64,000 bases of DNA from Tubulanus polymorphus (lineage: Eukaryota > Animalia > Nemertea), in contig NC_134030.1 in NCBI RefSeq assembly GCF_964204645.1, forward strand, positions 3,638,778 to 3,702,777, read 5' to 3'. Shown here one piece after another: positions 51,436-64,000 of this stretch. How positions within the stretch are numbered: the stretch's first letter is position 1; each line of letters opens with the position of its first letter. Both the position numbers and the translations under genes were made by a program. The notes below the pieces were generated by a model. That model did no database searches and had not been told where the DNA came from. It saw only the letters and a list, made by a program, of their open reading frames with translations.

Positions 51436-51653
51436 GAAGGTAAAATTCACTACTAAGAGTAAACAAACAGCTGTTATACGGACGTGTCTGTTTGCTGAGC
51501 ATTGTCCTCCGCGCATTGAGGGAGGTCCCGAACATCACGTTGGAATGCTGCAACGGAAAATTAGGCAACGGTGGACAGGTGTCAACATATAACACGGGAA
51601 TACTATTGGCAGTACTTCTCTTTGGGATTATGATAAGAATCTTTAAAAATTGA
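51436..51653 (+). pseudogene. Degenerate duplicate of the Ly6 gene last exon
   Basis: Paralogous to 46030-46251. A 5-nt deletion (ccg[atgct]aac) shifts the frame, and TGC>GGC destroys the terminal CN cysteine. Confidence 0.85.
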
Positions 51654-52722
51654 ATTGATGGAATTCGATATGATTTGAAAAATGAAGCAATTGGATCATC
51701 AAAATTTGAAATACATGTATATACCGATTTGAATATTTACCATATGTATATCAATACATAATTATCATATAGAAACGGAGTGATTTTCTTCACATTGCAA
51801 CGGTCAAAAAAGTGGTGGGATCGAAGGCAGTGACACATCGAAATTCAACCGGATGATAGAGTGAAAGGCCAATCAAAAGCCGGATGAAAAGATACGCGTG
51901 TGTTATACAGTCGTTTCTCGACAGGTCCGTCAGCTGGTATTTGTAGAATTTTAACCATGGCATGCTGATGATTGGCCAAATATCAGTTGAATAACAATAA
52001 CTTGTTCCAAGTAGCATGGTAGTTTATTTTTTGCATATCAGAAGATCGTAGGCATCAACGAAGGAAGTATGACGTACAGTTTCTTCCATATCACAAGCAG
52101 TTTGATTCGAGATGCATATAATTAATACAAGCAGTGTGAGGTTCGTAGAGCAACGTTTTGTTTTTTTTACCGAAAGATTACGCAAGTGAACAGAAATACA
52201 GATACGCGATCAATAATTCTGTAGCTGATTAACTTTAAAAAAGACAAAACTGATAGAAAAAAGTCATATTTATCAATCATCGTGTATAATTTAGATAAAT
52301 GCCTATGATTAATCAGTATTCAACTCGCGATAAATTGAGATACGTTTATGATTATCTAGTGCGACGTATGTTTACATTCTCAGCATAAACCAGAGAATAT
52401 TGTCGATGATATTCGAGTTTTGAGCATCTTAAAAATAAGATACATAGTGATAAAAAATAGAATATGGCAAACTTAACAACATCAGATTTAAAAAAGAACA
52501 ATAAGTACAAGGCCAATGAAAGGCTTCTACGTGTACTTGCTAATCAGGCATAGAAATAAGCATAGAATTGATAAGAGGGACGGTTCCATAGACGAGACTT
52601 AAGTAGAAAAGTGGTCTTAAATCTTTAGATTGGTCATAGGTTGTTAGATTGGCTATATAGAACTTAGATGATCTTAGACTGGTCTTAAATCTAATCCTTG
52701 ACTATGGAACAGGATTAATGAT

Positions 52723-54999
52723 TTAAGCAATGTATAAAGTTATGACAGTAACAATGGTTGTCACAGTCATCAGTAACTTGCTCACAACATAGGAGCCCAG
52801 TGACGCTTTACTGTAACCGATACAGTGCAGGCAAGTGAGGAAATTAGTCGCGTCGTATTTCTTCTTTATTTCGTGTAGCCTCAGATAGTTCGATCCCCAG
52901 TATAGAGTTTTCCAGTCCTTTAAATCCGAATCCGGTTCGTTGTAATACACACCTCCGTCCAACTTGTACAACTTGTCGGCAAAATTCTGAAAATAAAACC
53001 GAAATTGAATCATGGTAAAACATTATTCATGACTCAACGTATTTAATCTTCAACACGGGTCTCATCCGAATGCGAATTTTCATCATTACCTACCTTCATT
53101 ACTCCTTTCATCCACTCCTTATCTTTGTCTTCCTTCCAACCTGTCCCGCACGATAGGGACATCAATGCCGTTCGGAAACTGGGACCGATTGCCGTCGCGT
53201 CTGCGCTTGGTTCCGTTGTCTTTTCTATTAAAGAAAAAGAACAGATGTCACTCTGAGATTCAGTATTCCCGACTAATGCGGCTTGAAAACGTACGGGTTT
53301 TGCACTAAATACTTACTACCAAGTGAAGTTCCAGTACACAAGAAAAAACGACTTTCCGGCAAATCTGGATCTTCGTCAAATTCCTTTTTAAAAGCTGAAG
53401 CCAAATTAGATATTCCTTTTTGTCCGGCTCCGGTTCCACGTAAATCTGACGGTTGTATCAAGCGATTAACGATGTAACTGTTGCCATTCAAGTCGTCTTT
53501 ATTTTCCTTGGTATACTCCCAAAACGAGGTCTTATTTTTCATATCCAACCATCTCCACTCTGGATGGAAATCTAAGAGGGGCTTGATAGAATTTATAGCT
53601 TCGCTCCAAGGACCCCAGTGAACTAATGATAAAAGGATGTTTCCTTTCACCGGAATCTTCAGAGTAGGGTCTTTATAGGTCACGTGAGTAATAATGACGT
53701 AGCCACCCCAGTTCTCGTTGAGATAATCAGCTAGGAGTTTGTTCCAGGTGTCTAATACTACATCGCCGATGCTTCCAAAATAGCCGTGATACCAAGGAAA
53801 AGCGAGGAATAATGTAACAAAGCCGCCAGCAGGGGGCGTGTGAAGTTTGAAGTGGAAACTAGTTACGATGGCTAACGCACCACCTCCTCCACCGCGCAGT
53901 GCCCAGAAAAGATCAGTAGAATTGGGTAATTTCGTTCCGTTAGAATAAACTATCCCTGAAAAATAAAAAGATTCGGTATATCAGGAGTGCTTTAAGAGAG
54001 ATGACATAGACATTCTATTCATTTTTCGCAAAATGAATAATTTATTTCCCGTTCGGTGATGAGTGATCTTCTTTAACAGCATTACCTGTCGCAGAAACAT
54101 TAGCTATTTCGCCATCTGGTAGAACGACAGCGAACGATAGAATTTGATCGACACCCAGCCCTAGTTTGCGACTGAGCGGGCTGTGTCCACCTCCCAGAAA
54201 CCAGCCACCCATAGCGACAGTATGGGCAGCGCCGCCGACTGCCACTTTGTTGTATTTATCCACTTCCTTGTACACGCTTCCCCAGTTGGCACCAGTTTCG
54301 GCGATCATCGACGATCCTGTTGGAGAATTACTATCGTTCGGGAATACGGTCATTTTATTCAATTCGTTCATTCTGACCATTAAAGTGTATTCGCCCGTAT
54401 TTCGCCCGATGTAGTCGTGTCCCGAGGATAAAAACGACATTGACAGGTTGAATTTGCGACCGAATTGGATACTCTTCTGAACATCGGCTGAAAAGACAAT
54501 TAACAGTGAAATATTCGCGACGCCGCCTTCTGATCACCTTTCAGTTTGCTGATGACGATAGCAATATTGATTGAAAATAAGTTATGCTAATTGAAGAAAG
54601 GTTGTATATGTACGAAATACCAAATCAGCTTTTTTGAAAGGTGGGTTTACTGGAGAATTTGCTTTTTAATGGCAGATTTCCAAAAAGAACTATACGTCTG
54701 TGTTACACCATATTTGACTTACCCACACTTTTAGCTGACACGACGAGAGCTGGTGTGGTGATATACGCCCAGTTTTTGACATATTTCGCTTCGTTGTAAC
54801 CTGGCGATCCGGGTAAGAAAAATGACCCGTCCAAGCTCGCTTCAAAAGCTTTGCGGACACTATCCGATGGCCAACAGGTCGTGTTAGTCGGTAAACAATA
54901 ACCATTAGATCCAGGTAAAATGATGCCGAATATAATTAATGATACAGCGTACACCAAGGGCGTAGCCGGCGTGAAGCTCTTCATGCGGTGTATAATCAT
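52723..54999 (-). CDS. Secreted berberine-bridge-enzyme-like FAD-linked oxidoreductase, copy B
   Basis: Exons 54999(or 54984)-54723, 54487-54086, 53955-53317, 53224-53094, 52986-52723; near-identical to copy A, frame intact. Confidence 0.93.
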
Positions 55000-55807
55000 G
55001 GTAGGCACCGTGTGTGTCTGTATCGTTCGTAGTGGTATACAAGTCTATCTATATCGATCACGTGAGAACAGGAAATTTTATATAAATCGATATCAAATAA
55101 TCAAGAATAATGAAAATGGAGAGAGCGAATCTATAGAATATTAATCAGAAGTTTGATTGCGCGGACGCTTTAGATTTTAAAGCACATACAATCAGACCAT
55201 TATGTACGTATGTAGGTGGGGGTGAATTACATTGAGTCAGGTCACAAAGAATATTCGTTTGAGGGCAAAAAATCGGGCAGTTTATTTCATTACCGAACAC
55301 GGTGACTATGACTACAATATCAACTTTGATATAAATTGAGGACGTTTTTGTTGTTGAAAACCTGTTGTTGAATGCGCCATGTGTTTGATTTAAAAGCCAT
55401 ACACAGTCTGACATAACTACCAGCTTTTTTTGAATTGTATACATGTATATTGTACCAGGTCGCGTACTACGTACATCCAATAGCAGCCAGGGAAAAATGT
55501 GGTTGATTTCAAAACCGAACACCAGATGGCGTTATATGGCTCGATGGAAATGAAAAATTTCTTTTGATTTACGGTTGGAGAAAACTGGAATTCTCGTTTT
55601 GTTCACAAAGGACAAGACAACAAAACTATTTAAAAGGATTAGATTTTATTAAGAATGATCTCTCCCGACAATAATCCTAATCTTATTTCAAAAACTATCA
55701 ATATATAAGAAAATCCTCTAACAATATACTTGCATTGTGAAACTACAAAATTCTCCGCAGCGAAACCAGCCGTCGTAAAGTCATCGAAAAGATATTGCGA
55801 TATTTCA

Positions 55808-58800
55808 TCAGAGCATCGGGGTTTCGGTCGTAATATCATCGCCGGATACGTTTGCGCTGACGGGACGTTTCGTCGCATTTTGAGATTCGATATTTATTCG
55901 AAAACAGTTTTTAAAAGTGGTCGACTTTCGCGCCAAATTATCGATGTCCTCCATAGTTTCGGGCATCGGTTGGTTATTCGTTTCGGGTAACGGTAAAACG
56001 AGGATTCCGTTCATAATGGACACGGCGCCGAGTGCGAGTCCGAGTGCGACAGGCGAATACCGAGCAAGAACCTCGCAGAACGGAGACAACATGGCACCGA
56101 ATCGTGCGAATATTGAAGTTATACCCATTCCACGAGCCCTAAAATGAAAATGAAAATGAATCAGATTATTTTTCCACAGATTCTTTCTATTCTAGCCACT
56201 TCTCTTGCGATTATTACTTGTTCTAATGTTTTAGCGTCTCAATTTAGGTGGAATACAAACATGAGTGACTTTTCTCAACCCGGAATAGAGATTACCGGGA
56301 GCACTTCATTTATTTGGAAAAACAACGTTAGTTGTTACATATTATTATTCTTTACCTAAAATTAGTTGGATATAGTTCACTGGTCAGCACATAGAGGACG
56401 CCGTATGCAGTTGAAATGAAAAATTTTCCAATCGCGTTCAACGTCATAATCAACGGCACAAGATTTACACCATTAGCTTTTGAAAATAATGATTAGAAGA
56501 AAGTGACAGAATTATCGCATTATTACCATTACCAGCATGAAATGATTTTTGATGAAAACCCTTTTTCAAAGTTTACTGATGGGCGAGGAAGCCAAATATC
56601 GGATCAGTTGCATACGCGTGAAACGAAGTATTTTGTGTTCCTTGTTGGGATTTCTATATAGATTTCATTTTTTGCATTTTCAATTCAAAGAAGAATACAA
56701 TTAAGAACAAAATATTCGAGCAATGTTACATGTAAGGTTGGTTTCTTACCTTGTTTAGGGATTACGTTACTAGCGATGAGAAATACTGCAGTGCAAAAGT
56801 ATGAGAGTAACACCGAATAGCGTCGTCCGATCCTAGAAAAACATTATTTTTTAGTCAAACGGTTATAGGATTATTATTAGAGGATCGCTATTGTTTTTCC
56901 CATTAAAATCGGGAGGTTGGAGAAGAGGTGTCCTCCGCCCGCTCTTCACTCAATGTTAGTTTGTTTGCAAGTGTCGGCCTGATCGTAATTTCTAAACGTC
57001 TATTGCACACGAATTATGATAATATTTACAATTCATTACCGAAACACCAAACGTCGTTAATGAAAATGTGAAAAGTTTTATGTATGCTACATCACGAACT
57101 ATTTGAACATGGAATTGTCTCCGATGTGGATCGTTTTCTGTGTGCACTATACGTACTTTCCGAGTATGAACATCATGAATAAATAGGCAGGAAATTCGAC
57201 AACTCCGGAAAGAAAGAAATTCAAAAAGCGATTCCCAACGAACGCCGTCGAACTCAACGTTAGCCCGTAATATGTGATATTGGTACTCATCCTGAAAGGC
57301 AAGTAAAGTAAGCGGCATATAGTTGTGAACTCGGTATGGTGATTGTCGATTGACGTTTAGAAATTTATTTCTTTCGAATGATAATTGACTCGTTTGCCAA
57401 ACGGGTGCGCAACGAAACGAGCTTAGAACTTACCACATCAAAACAACAAGTATTGTCCAAAGACGTAGTTTTCGATGTCGCATAATTTCCATAACGCCCA
57501 CATCGGCATCACCTAGTTTAGTTTTTTGAGTGGGTAAATGTTGTTTAATCGTGCCTCTAATTGCGCTGAAACGATTGCGCAACGCGCCGAGGAAACTGCG
57601 CTGTGTCATTACGTCATCGGTTTGATCCCCGATAAATTTTGCGCGCGCTGCCGTTTTGCGTACGTCATCGAGAGCACCTTCCGAAAATTCCGAACCGTTT
57701 CGTTTCGCGGCTATTCGCAACAATGCGACCGCCTCTTTACCCTTGCCGTTCGCCACTAACCACGGGATGGATTCTTTCATTAAACTGATTAGAAATGAGG
57801 AAAAAATGTACATATACGTCAAACATTTTCAAAAATAAACAAGAAAGTTCGTGGAACCTTTTGAAATGTTATACATGAAGGTCACCCGCACGGCGACAAC
57901 TACATCATAATGGTTTGCTTTTATTTTCTGTGGCGTTTGGTTAAGTTCAATGTACAAGAAAACTTAACTTGTGAAATGTTCTAAGATGTAAGAGGAAGGA
58001 ACGGGCGAAGATCGGGAACACCGTAGCCGGCGCTAGCGGGTCACCTCAAAATGCTAGAACTTCTATTACATTTTTTTTACAATGAATTATGGTTTCGTTC
58101 TTCAGCGTTTGATAGACGATGGGGCTGGAGTTTTGTTCTGAAGACGTAGTTTTTTTGCAAACGTTAGTTATATATATATATGTACGTACCATATACCTGC
58201 GAGCGACAGGAAGCTGACACAGCCGATGACGACTGCAATGTGGCGCCAGTCCATGAGCAGATAGCCGACCAGCGCAAACAGCGTCATCCACACTGACCAG
58301 AAAATATACATGTAACAAGTAGCGAATGCTCGCTGTTTGGATGGAAATAATTCAGCATTCAACGTGTATTGGCTTATCACACTACCCTGGAATTTGAAAA
58401 AAAAAATAATTTCAGAGCCATTATGGAATATATTAAAAGGGTTTCTGAGGCTAATACAGATTACGTTTATTTACAATGCGCTACACGGGTTTTGCCGAGG
58501 TCCAAATTTTAACAGGGTCCCCCTGTTAGAAGACAGGTATGATAAAAAACTCAAATAGCAATTCAATCTATCGTTGATAACTTAGGTATCACAATGGTAA
58601 CGATAAGTTCCTTCCAAATCGGTTTGTTCTGAAATGAATCCTCACGCAAGAGCTCAGATTCGGACCCATACCCGTAATAGCACGGCCGAATATTTCTGAC
58701 GAATGATCAAAGTTAGTAGAATATCATATTTTAGCACAAATAACGAGACGAGTAGTACTATATAGGTTAACTATTTATTTGACGCACGAGCTTTCGCTAC

Positions 58801-60309
58801 CAATGTGTAGAAGCTTCATCAGGTGAATGAGGTGAGTCACTCATTCACCTGATGAAGCTTCTACACATTAGTAGCGAAAGCTCGTGCGTCAAATGTATAG
58901 TTAACCTATATAGTACTACTCGTCTCGTTAATTATTCTTAACCCGGTTTACACGGATACTCTACAAATATTTATAGTACATACTTGCATGAAGGTGCCCA
59001 CAAAGAACCTGGTTATTATAAAAGGAATAATACTCTTCGCAGATACCATACAAAGTGCAGCAATGCCTGTCAGACACATGGTTACTATGGCGGTCGGCTT
59101 TCGACCGAACATGTCGGAGATGATCGGGAAAATCAAACTTCCGGTCAGTACCCCGCCATAGTATACCGACTGACTCAAAGCAGGAAGATGAGATCGGTCG
59201 CAAACTAGATCAAACTGAAAAACCAAGAAAAACGTATTTTTCAACGGAGAAAATAAGGCGAGACAAGATGTTGGTGAAAAGCACCGTCGACATCAGCACA
59301 AACGACTGCACTCTATTGGCGCGAACCAAAATAATGATACGTATTCATATCAATATCATGCGGATTAATGTACATTAATGTCGTTTTTTTTTTCTTGTGG
59401 ACATACGGAGCTCGAGGTGACATGGAGAAAAATATGTTTTTTTCTCGTTCGAATGAAATTAGAACAATGACAATCTTTTCGATGGGAACGCAATCTTTGT
59501 CATTCGAAATGTGCTCATACGACGTCTATGATGATTTGAAAGTGCCATAGATTATTCATAAGATAGTATTCACTCATATTTTGATCGACATGTTGGTTAT
59601 CGCCATGTGACATCGACAACATGAAGAGAGCAAATATTGACTCTTCATTGGTTTTTTAAGATTAGAAAAATGAACTTAGCACCCCATGATGCTTCCATAT
59701 ATCTTTACCTCGGTGACTATACTCGTATATCCGTTGGCGTCATAAACCTGGCCGTATTTACAGCCAATTTTGTCATTGTTGGACAAGAGTATGTGGCACT
59801 CGTCCGAAGAAGTCGTACCGGTAGGCGTTGCAGATGTCCGGGTATGATTCCATGTGATGTTGGTGGCAATATAAGATGGGACTTTACAATGATGAGGTGG
59901 TGTCCAACCTAAGATTCGTAAACATTGTAAATTGTAAATTATTATCATGTGGCAAAAGTCATTTTAATATCTTATCACCAAACTAGAAATTGGCTATCGA
60001 AATTGCCCGTACGATTTTTAAGTTATCAATAAAGATATACAGTCATGAAACCACCATATTCGTTTTCCTTCGTTCGAAGTCTCAAATTTAAGGTTCCTCT
60101 GTAAAACCCTAGACATTATTCATATCGTTTTTGGAAGAAACGGCACTAATTAATGTAGGCTATACAGTTATTTCCAACTTACCGATAAAAACTATTGTGA
60201 AGGAATGAAATGCTACTGCCATATAACAGAATATACACATCGATGTGGATCTCTCCAACTGCCATCGACTATATTTTCCCAACTCCGTCAGGGCTTTTTC
60301 AACTTCCAT
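55808..60309 (-). CDS. SLC22 family organic cation transporter-like MFS protein, 9 exons
   Basis: Exons 60309-60183, 59908-59709, 59214-58984, 58386-58190, 57784-57434, 57291-57157, 56832-56750, 56476-56356, 56138-55808. Motifs SIVTEFDLVCDR, SDMFGRK, ELFPSKQR, ESIPWL, YYGL, IGRR, ELYPTNFR, LPET. Confidence 0.95.
58785..58825 (-). ncRNA. Minimal type I hammerhead ribozyme motif (SLC22 sense strand)
   Basis: Minus strand reads CAC-CUGAUGA-A-GCUUCUA-CACAU-UGGUAGC-GAAA-GC-UC-GUG: conserved core, stem II, palindromic AGCU in place of stem III, and a short stem I CAC/GUG. Confidence 0.72.
58846..58886 (+). ncRNA. Minimal type I hammerhead ribozyme motif
   Basis: CAC-CUGAUGA(58849)-A-GCUUCUA-CACAU-UAGUAGC-GAAA(58876)-GC-UC^-GUG; predicted cleavage after 58883. 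Confidence 0.72.
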
Positions 60310-61987
60310 GATTAACCTATGCTTGGATAGTGCTTACAAGTCCTTGTTCGAAATGCGCGAAAACAATTCGCAGCGACAGACTATATTGCTAAAAAATGAC
60401 ATAATATCCAAGGGAGATAAGAAACGCGCACTTGAATGCATATGACGGTTTCGATTGAAATCGTCCGGTTTGAATTTATCACGTAGATAACACAATGTGG
60501 TTCTTAAAACGCAACCGAAACTTCCACTTCAATTTGGCCTTCAATTGCATATATTTGAATAGGAAATTTTTTAGAATGAATATGTCACCGATAACTCTAG
60601 ATTCGGCCAAGTTATTTCGATTACAGGGCCATTGTTGTGAACCAGTCATTGAATCAACCATAACTGATTTCTACTTAAGGAGGATTATCACGTACAGTTA
60701 ACTAACAGGTAATCGTAACTGATTATAATAATCATACACTTTATTTTCAAACTGAACATCGTACAAGTATGGCACGATTTAGCTTTTCGGTTGCTGATCC
60801 AGCAAGCACCAAACAAAACTTTATTAAAAACCTAACGGAAAAAATCCATTTCCCAATGTCCTTGTACATGAACAGTATCAATGCATGTTCTCCGGTCGGT
60901 TGTGACGATCATGAATGTTCTCTGTTCGATGGGGGTAGTACTGGGCATTTCCAACTTTTGTCTACCCAGCGAGTGTACAAATGACTCAAGTAAAAAGCTT
61001 TGTTCACTAATCTGTTGGGTCTGCATGAATCACTCTATTATAAAATGATTTCAATCCTGGACAGTCTTGAGTAATTCATCCAAGACAAACACCTCTTGAC
61101 TTCACGGTTCACTACAATGGCTCTGGATAGAAAACTACGCGACCAAATCAAAAGCTTTTGGGGTTATATTGCTTCTATATAAATTTTCTATCCACCCATA
61201 TGAATATTGAAGGATTCTGATAAGTAGAAGTATGATGAGGTTGCATTTTTATTGGACCACCCTGTAAATGATTAGTGTTTTCCGTCAGTTCCGCACCAGT
61301 GATTTTATCTGTTCTTACTATCATCATCATAATCGCTTTGCTCCTGTCACAGAACCTTCTTTCAGTTAGATCTTAAAGTAACAGATCATCGCCTGAAGCC
61401 ATTTGGAACATTTGCGCCCATTCGTTTGCCCCCAAAATCTCAGCGATATTGACTCTGCTCCCAGCGTTCAAAGGGCAGCATTAGACTGATAATATATTTA
61501 TGATTACCACTTTTGTTCATCACTTTTGATAATACATGTCAGTTCTACCAAAAATTAATAAGACTTGTGAATTTTTGGTTCTACGTAATATTTACACGAA
61601 GGCGCTATAAAAATTCACAATCCTATTCTTATCGTTTATTTCCCCGATTTTCGAAGTAACGCAATGTTCACCAATCGTTATCAACTGCCCTCTAATAAAG
61701 CAGCAATCACTTAAACAAACGACAAGACGTGACACTCAATACGTACATACCTTACGCTGTTCGCGAGTCGTGGTGTATGTATCTGTACTGAAATCGTCCG
61801 CTGCGGAAAATCACTTATGAACTTTTGAACTCTTGAATGCCGGAAAACAGCTGGTCGAAATTATATAATTCTTATTTAGCGCATAACTTAAAATACTAAT
61901 CACATTTTAAAATACACATTAAACAATACATAAAAATACACCATTAATACATGTAGGCCTAAGTAAGCAGGATTTCTGTGAAACATG

Positions 61988-62300
61988 AGGTAGCGGATTG
62001 GGACCCCGTCAAGGGATTCAAATTCACTAAGCTAAGCCGTTCCCCGCTGGTGGAAGCGACACTTGACTCCTGGAAAGTAAGGGTTTTCGTTTGACTGGTA
62101 CCCGCATGATCCGGCGGTGGCCCACTTCGAAACTTTAATTACTAATATCTCGGAATTTAAAGCAATTTTTAGCCGGTTCTTCTAAATGAATTGATAAAAA
62201 TAGGTCCACGTTTATCGGCGTCAATATCTGATATCAAAACTATCCGGTTTAATGATGGTGCCCGGCCAGATGGGGCCCCATGGAAGTCAACCCGCTACCT
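61988..62300. mobile_element. Possible degenerate TIR element
   Basis: Short inverted ends aggtagcgg / ccgctacct; no TSD resolved. Confidence 0.35.
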
Positions 62301-62939
62301 ATTTAAGCATATGATAAAACGATAGGAGTAAAAAAAGGTACAAGTTGAAAAGAAAAGTGGTCAATATTTGTTCTTTTATTTAAAAAAAACAAATATTTGT
62401 ATTAACTATTAACCTAAAAAAGGTAAGTTTTCAGATTAGATTTTAAAGATTGCATTTCGGGTCTTGTAAAGCGTTCTATAGACCTGGGGTAGAAATTTAA
62501 AAACTTTTCTGCTAGACTACAGTGTCTTCACTGGACGGAAGTAACCTCTTTGACACATGGGAAGTCAGGAGTTATGAGTGGTGCTAAATCATTCACACTT
62601 CGTAGACAAATAAGCAACACAATTTTGAGATGTTAATTGACAAAGTAAAAGCCACAGAAAGTTTGGCCATGTACTATAAAACGAAGATTACCAACACGAA
62701 ATATCCGACCAGAATTCCACCTGATGGCGGCCGAAACTTTCAATCCTGGGCGTCTTTCGGCAGATCGAAAAAAGATTACGCCGTTTTAACCGTTTGCCTG
62801 CCGTGCCCATCATCCTGGCAATTGATAGTGTTTTGATGGATGAAGTACGGAAGTGCTGAAGGGATGTGAGAGATGGGAGAGGGAGAATTTGTGTGAACAT
62901 AAAACATGTCTGAGGGTCGATTGATATGTACATTGAAGT

Positions 62940-63486
62940 TAATTTTACTACGCGCATGCGTTCCGTGTGAAATTTTGACCGATAGGTGCTGCCCCTCTAC
63001 ACATCGTTGACGGTAAATATGTGAACTAACGTATTACTCGCATGCCAGAGTAGAAGTATTAGAGGCCTTTTTATGAACCAGCAAAATCGAAATAGATTAG
63101 CTATTTAGATAGCCGATTAGTGTCAATTAGCATAACCGGGTATGTTGGCTGATAAAAACGCCAGGTAGAAATTATTCAATTATGGCCTACTCAGCAGCGA
63201 CTTCTACCGAGAACACCATATCGGTTGGATTAGATAATCGGCATACTTGCTCGCCGAGCGAGTATGCTGAGTATGCTAATCGATTATGATAACCAATGTT
63301 CATAAAAATGACGGATTATGACATAACCCATGCTCATAAAAACGTTTTGCATACTCGAATATACTAATCGAGTGTTCATAAAAAGGCCTTAAGCTATCGA
63401 GTTAGTTCACACGTTCACCGCCTATGAAATATAGTGGGGCAGCACTTAACGGCTTATTTTGGAAATGGTTGGAGTGCGTAATAAAT
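62940..63486. mobile_element. Nested MITEs: long-TIR outer element with an inner element at 63064-63388
   Basis: Outer inverted arms ...gtgctgcccctcta...gtgaactaac / gttagttcac...tagtggggcagcac; inner TIRs ggcctttttatgaac / gttcataaaaaggcc. Confidence 0.7.
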
Positions 63487-63506
63487 ATTCGTGTTGGTGT
63501 TGTTGG

Positions 63507-63709
63507 GGGTGCGATTCAAGAATAGGGGACTATAGCAATATATGTAGTGATAGTAATCAATTAAGTAATAATATTAGTAATTGATAATGATGATATATAA
63601 TGATAGTAATGTATATAGTAATTAATGATGATTAGGGAACTAAACCTAACCCTAACCTTAATCCTAACCCTAATCCTAACCACTAGTCCCCTATTCTTGA
63701 ATCTTACCC
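63507..63709. mobile_element. TIR element with internal telomere-like (CCCTAA/CCTTAA/TCCTAA) repeats
   Basis: TIRs gggtgcgattcaagaataggggacta / tagtcccctattcttgaatcttaccc; imperfect hexamer array at ~63640-63681. Confidence 0.75.
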
Positions 63710-64000
63710 GGCGTTTGTGAGGACGATCGTTTTTAGATTATCGACCAAAAGACAGCAGATTGAAACAAAATATACCTCAAATCAAAATGAAGACTAACCG
63801 TAAACACAAACATATTCCATTTCACTTTACGTTTAATAATATAATATGTATATAAATATGATACAGCAGCATTAGCTTTATACAATTTGTCTCAAAGAAT
63901 ATAAATTACAATTTGAAATAAAAACACTCGACTTTTGGCGTTGTCTTATACTATAATCATTAACTCGTTTTAAACCTCAATGATAGTTATTTGAATATTT

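Larger units (their letters stand above)
45935..56280. repeat. Tandem segmental duplication (copy A 45935-51322, copy B 51329-56280)
   Basis: Colinear, highly similar blocks. The junction at ~51323-51328 fuses the SLC22 last intron to the Ly6 last intron. Copy A has ~390 bp extra at ~46603-46988. Confidence 0.95.
58741..58930. repeat. 190-bp near-perfect palindrome, probably inverted Penelope-like retroelement terminal fragments
   Basis: Arms 58741-58831 and 58840-58930 are reverse complements with 3 mismatches; 8-nt loop gtgagtca. Confidence 0.95.

Noticed and set aside
60700-61266. Tc1/mariner remnant ending in ggaccaccctgta
   Set aside because: Only one TIR-like end and no convincing transposase frame.
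63640-63681. Chromosome end
   Set aside because: Short imperfect array enclosed by TIRs, with ordinary sequence beyond it.

Overview
AT-rich, intron-rich animal genomic DNA, probably a marine invertebrate; no prokaryotic features. Genes in order: the 3' part of DYRK1A/minibrain (+) with a long non-coding tail; an uncharacterised 248-aa coiled-coil gene (-) head-to-head with DDX6/Me31B (+); a DUF5054/GH38-like glycosidase-fold gene (-); an Rh ammonium transporter (+); a three-exon GPI-type Ly6/three-finger gene (+) that the ORF track catches only in part; a ~5 kb tandem duplication carrying two secreted BBE-like FAD oxidases (-); and an SLC22 organic cation transporter (-). Two non-coding observations stand out. 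First, DDX6 introns hold seven box C/D snoRNAs (SNORD38/snR61 type), six of them as a conserved two-snoRNA cassette with a hairpin linker repeated in three different introns, which would give a sno-lncRNA-like or dicistronic product. Second, a 190-bp near-perfect palindrome in an SLC22 intron encodes a minimal Penelope-type hammerhead ribozyme on each strand. Many short TIR elements (MITEs) are present. Exon boundaries were read by eye and family calls come from recalled motifs, not database searches.
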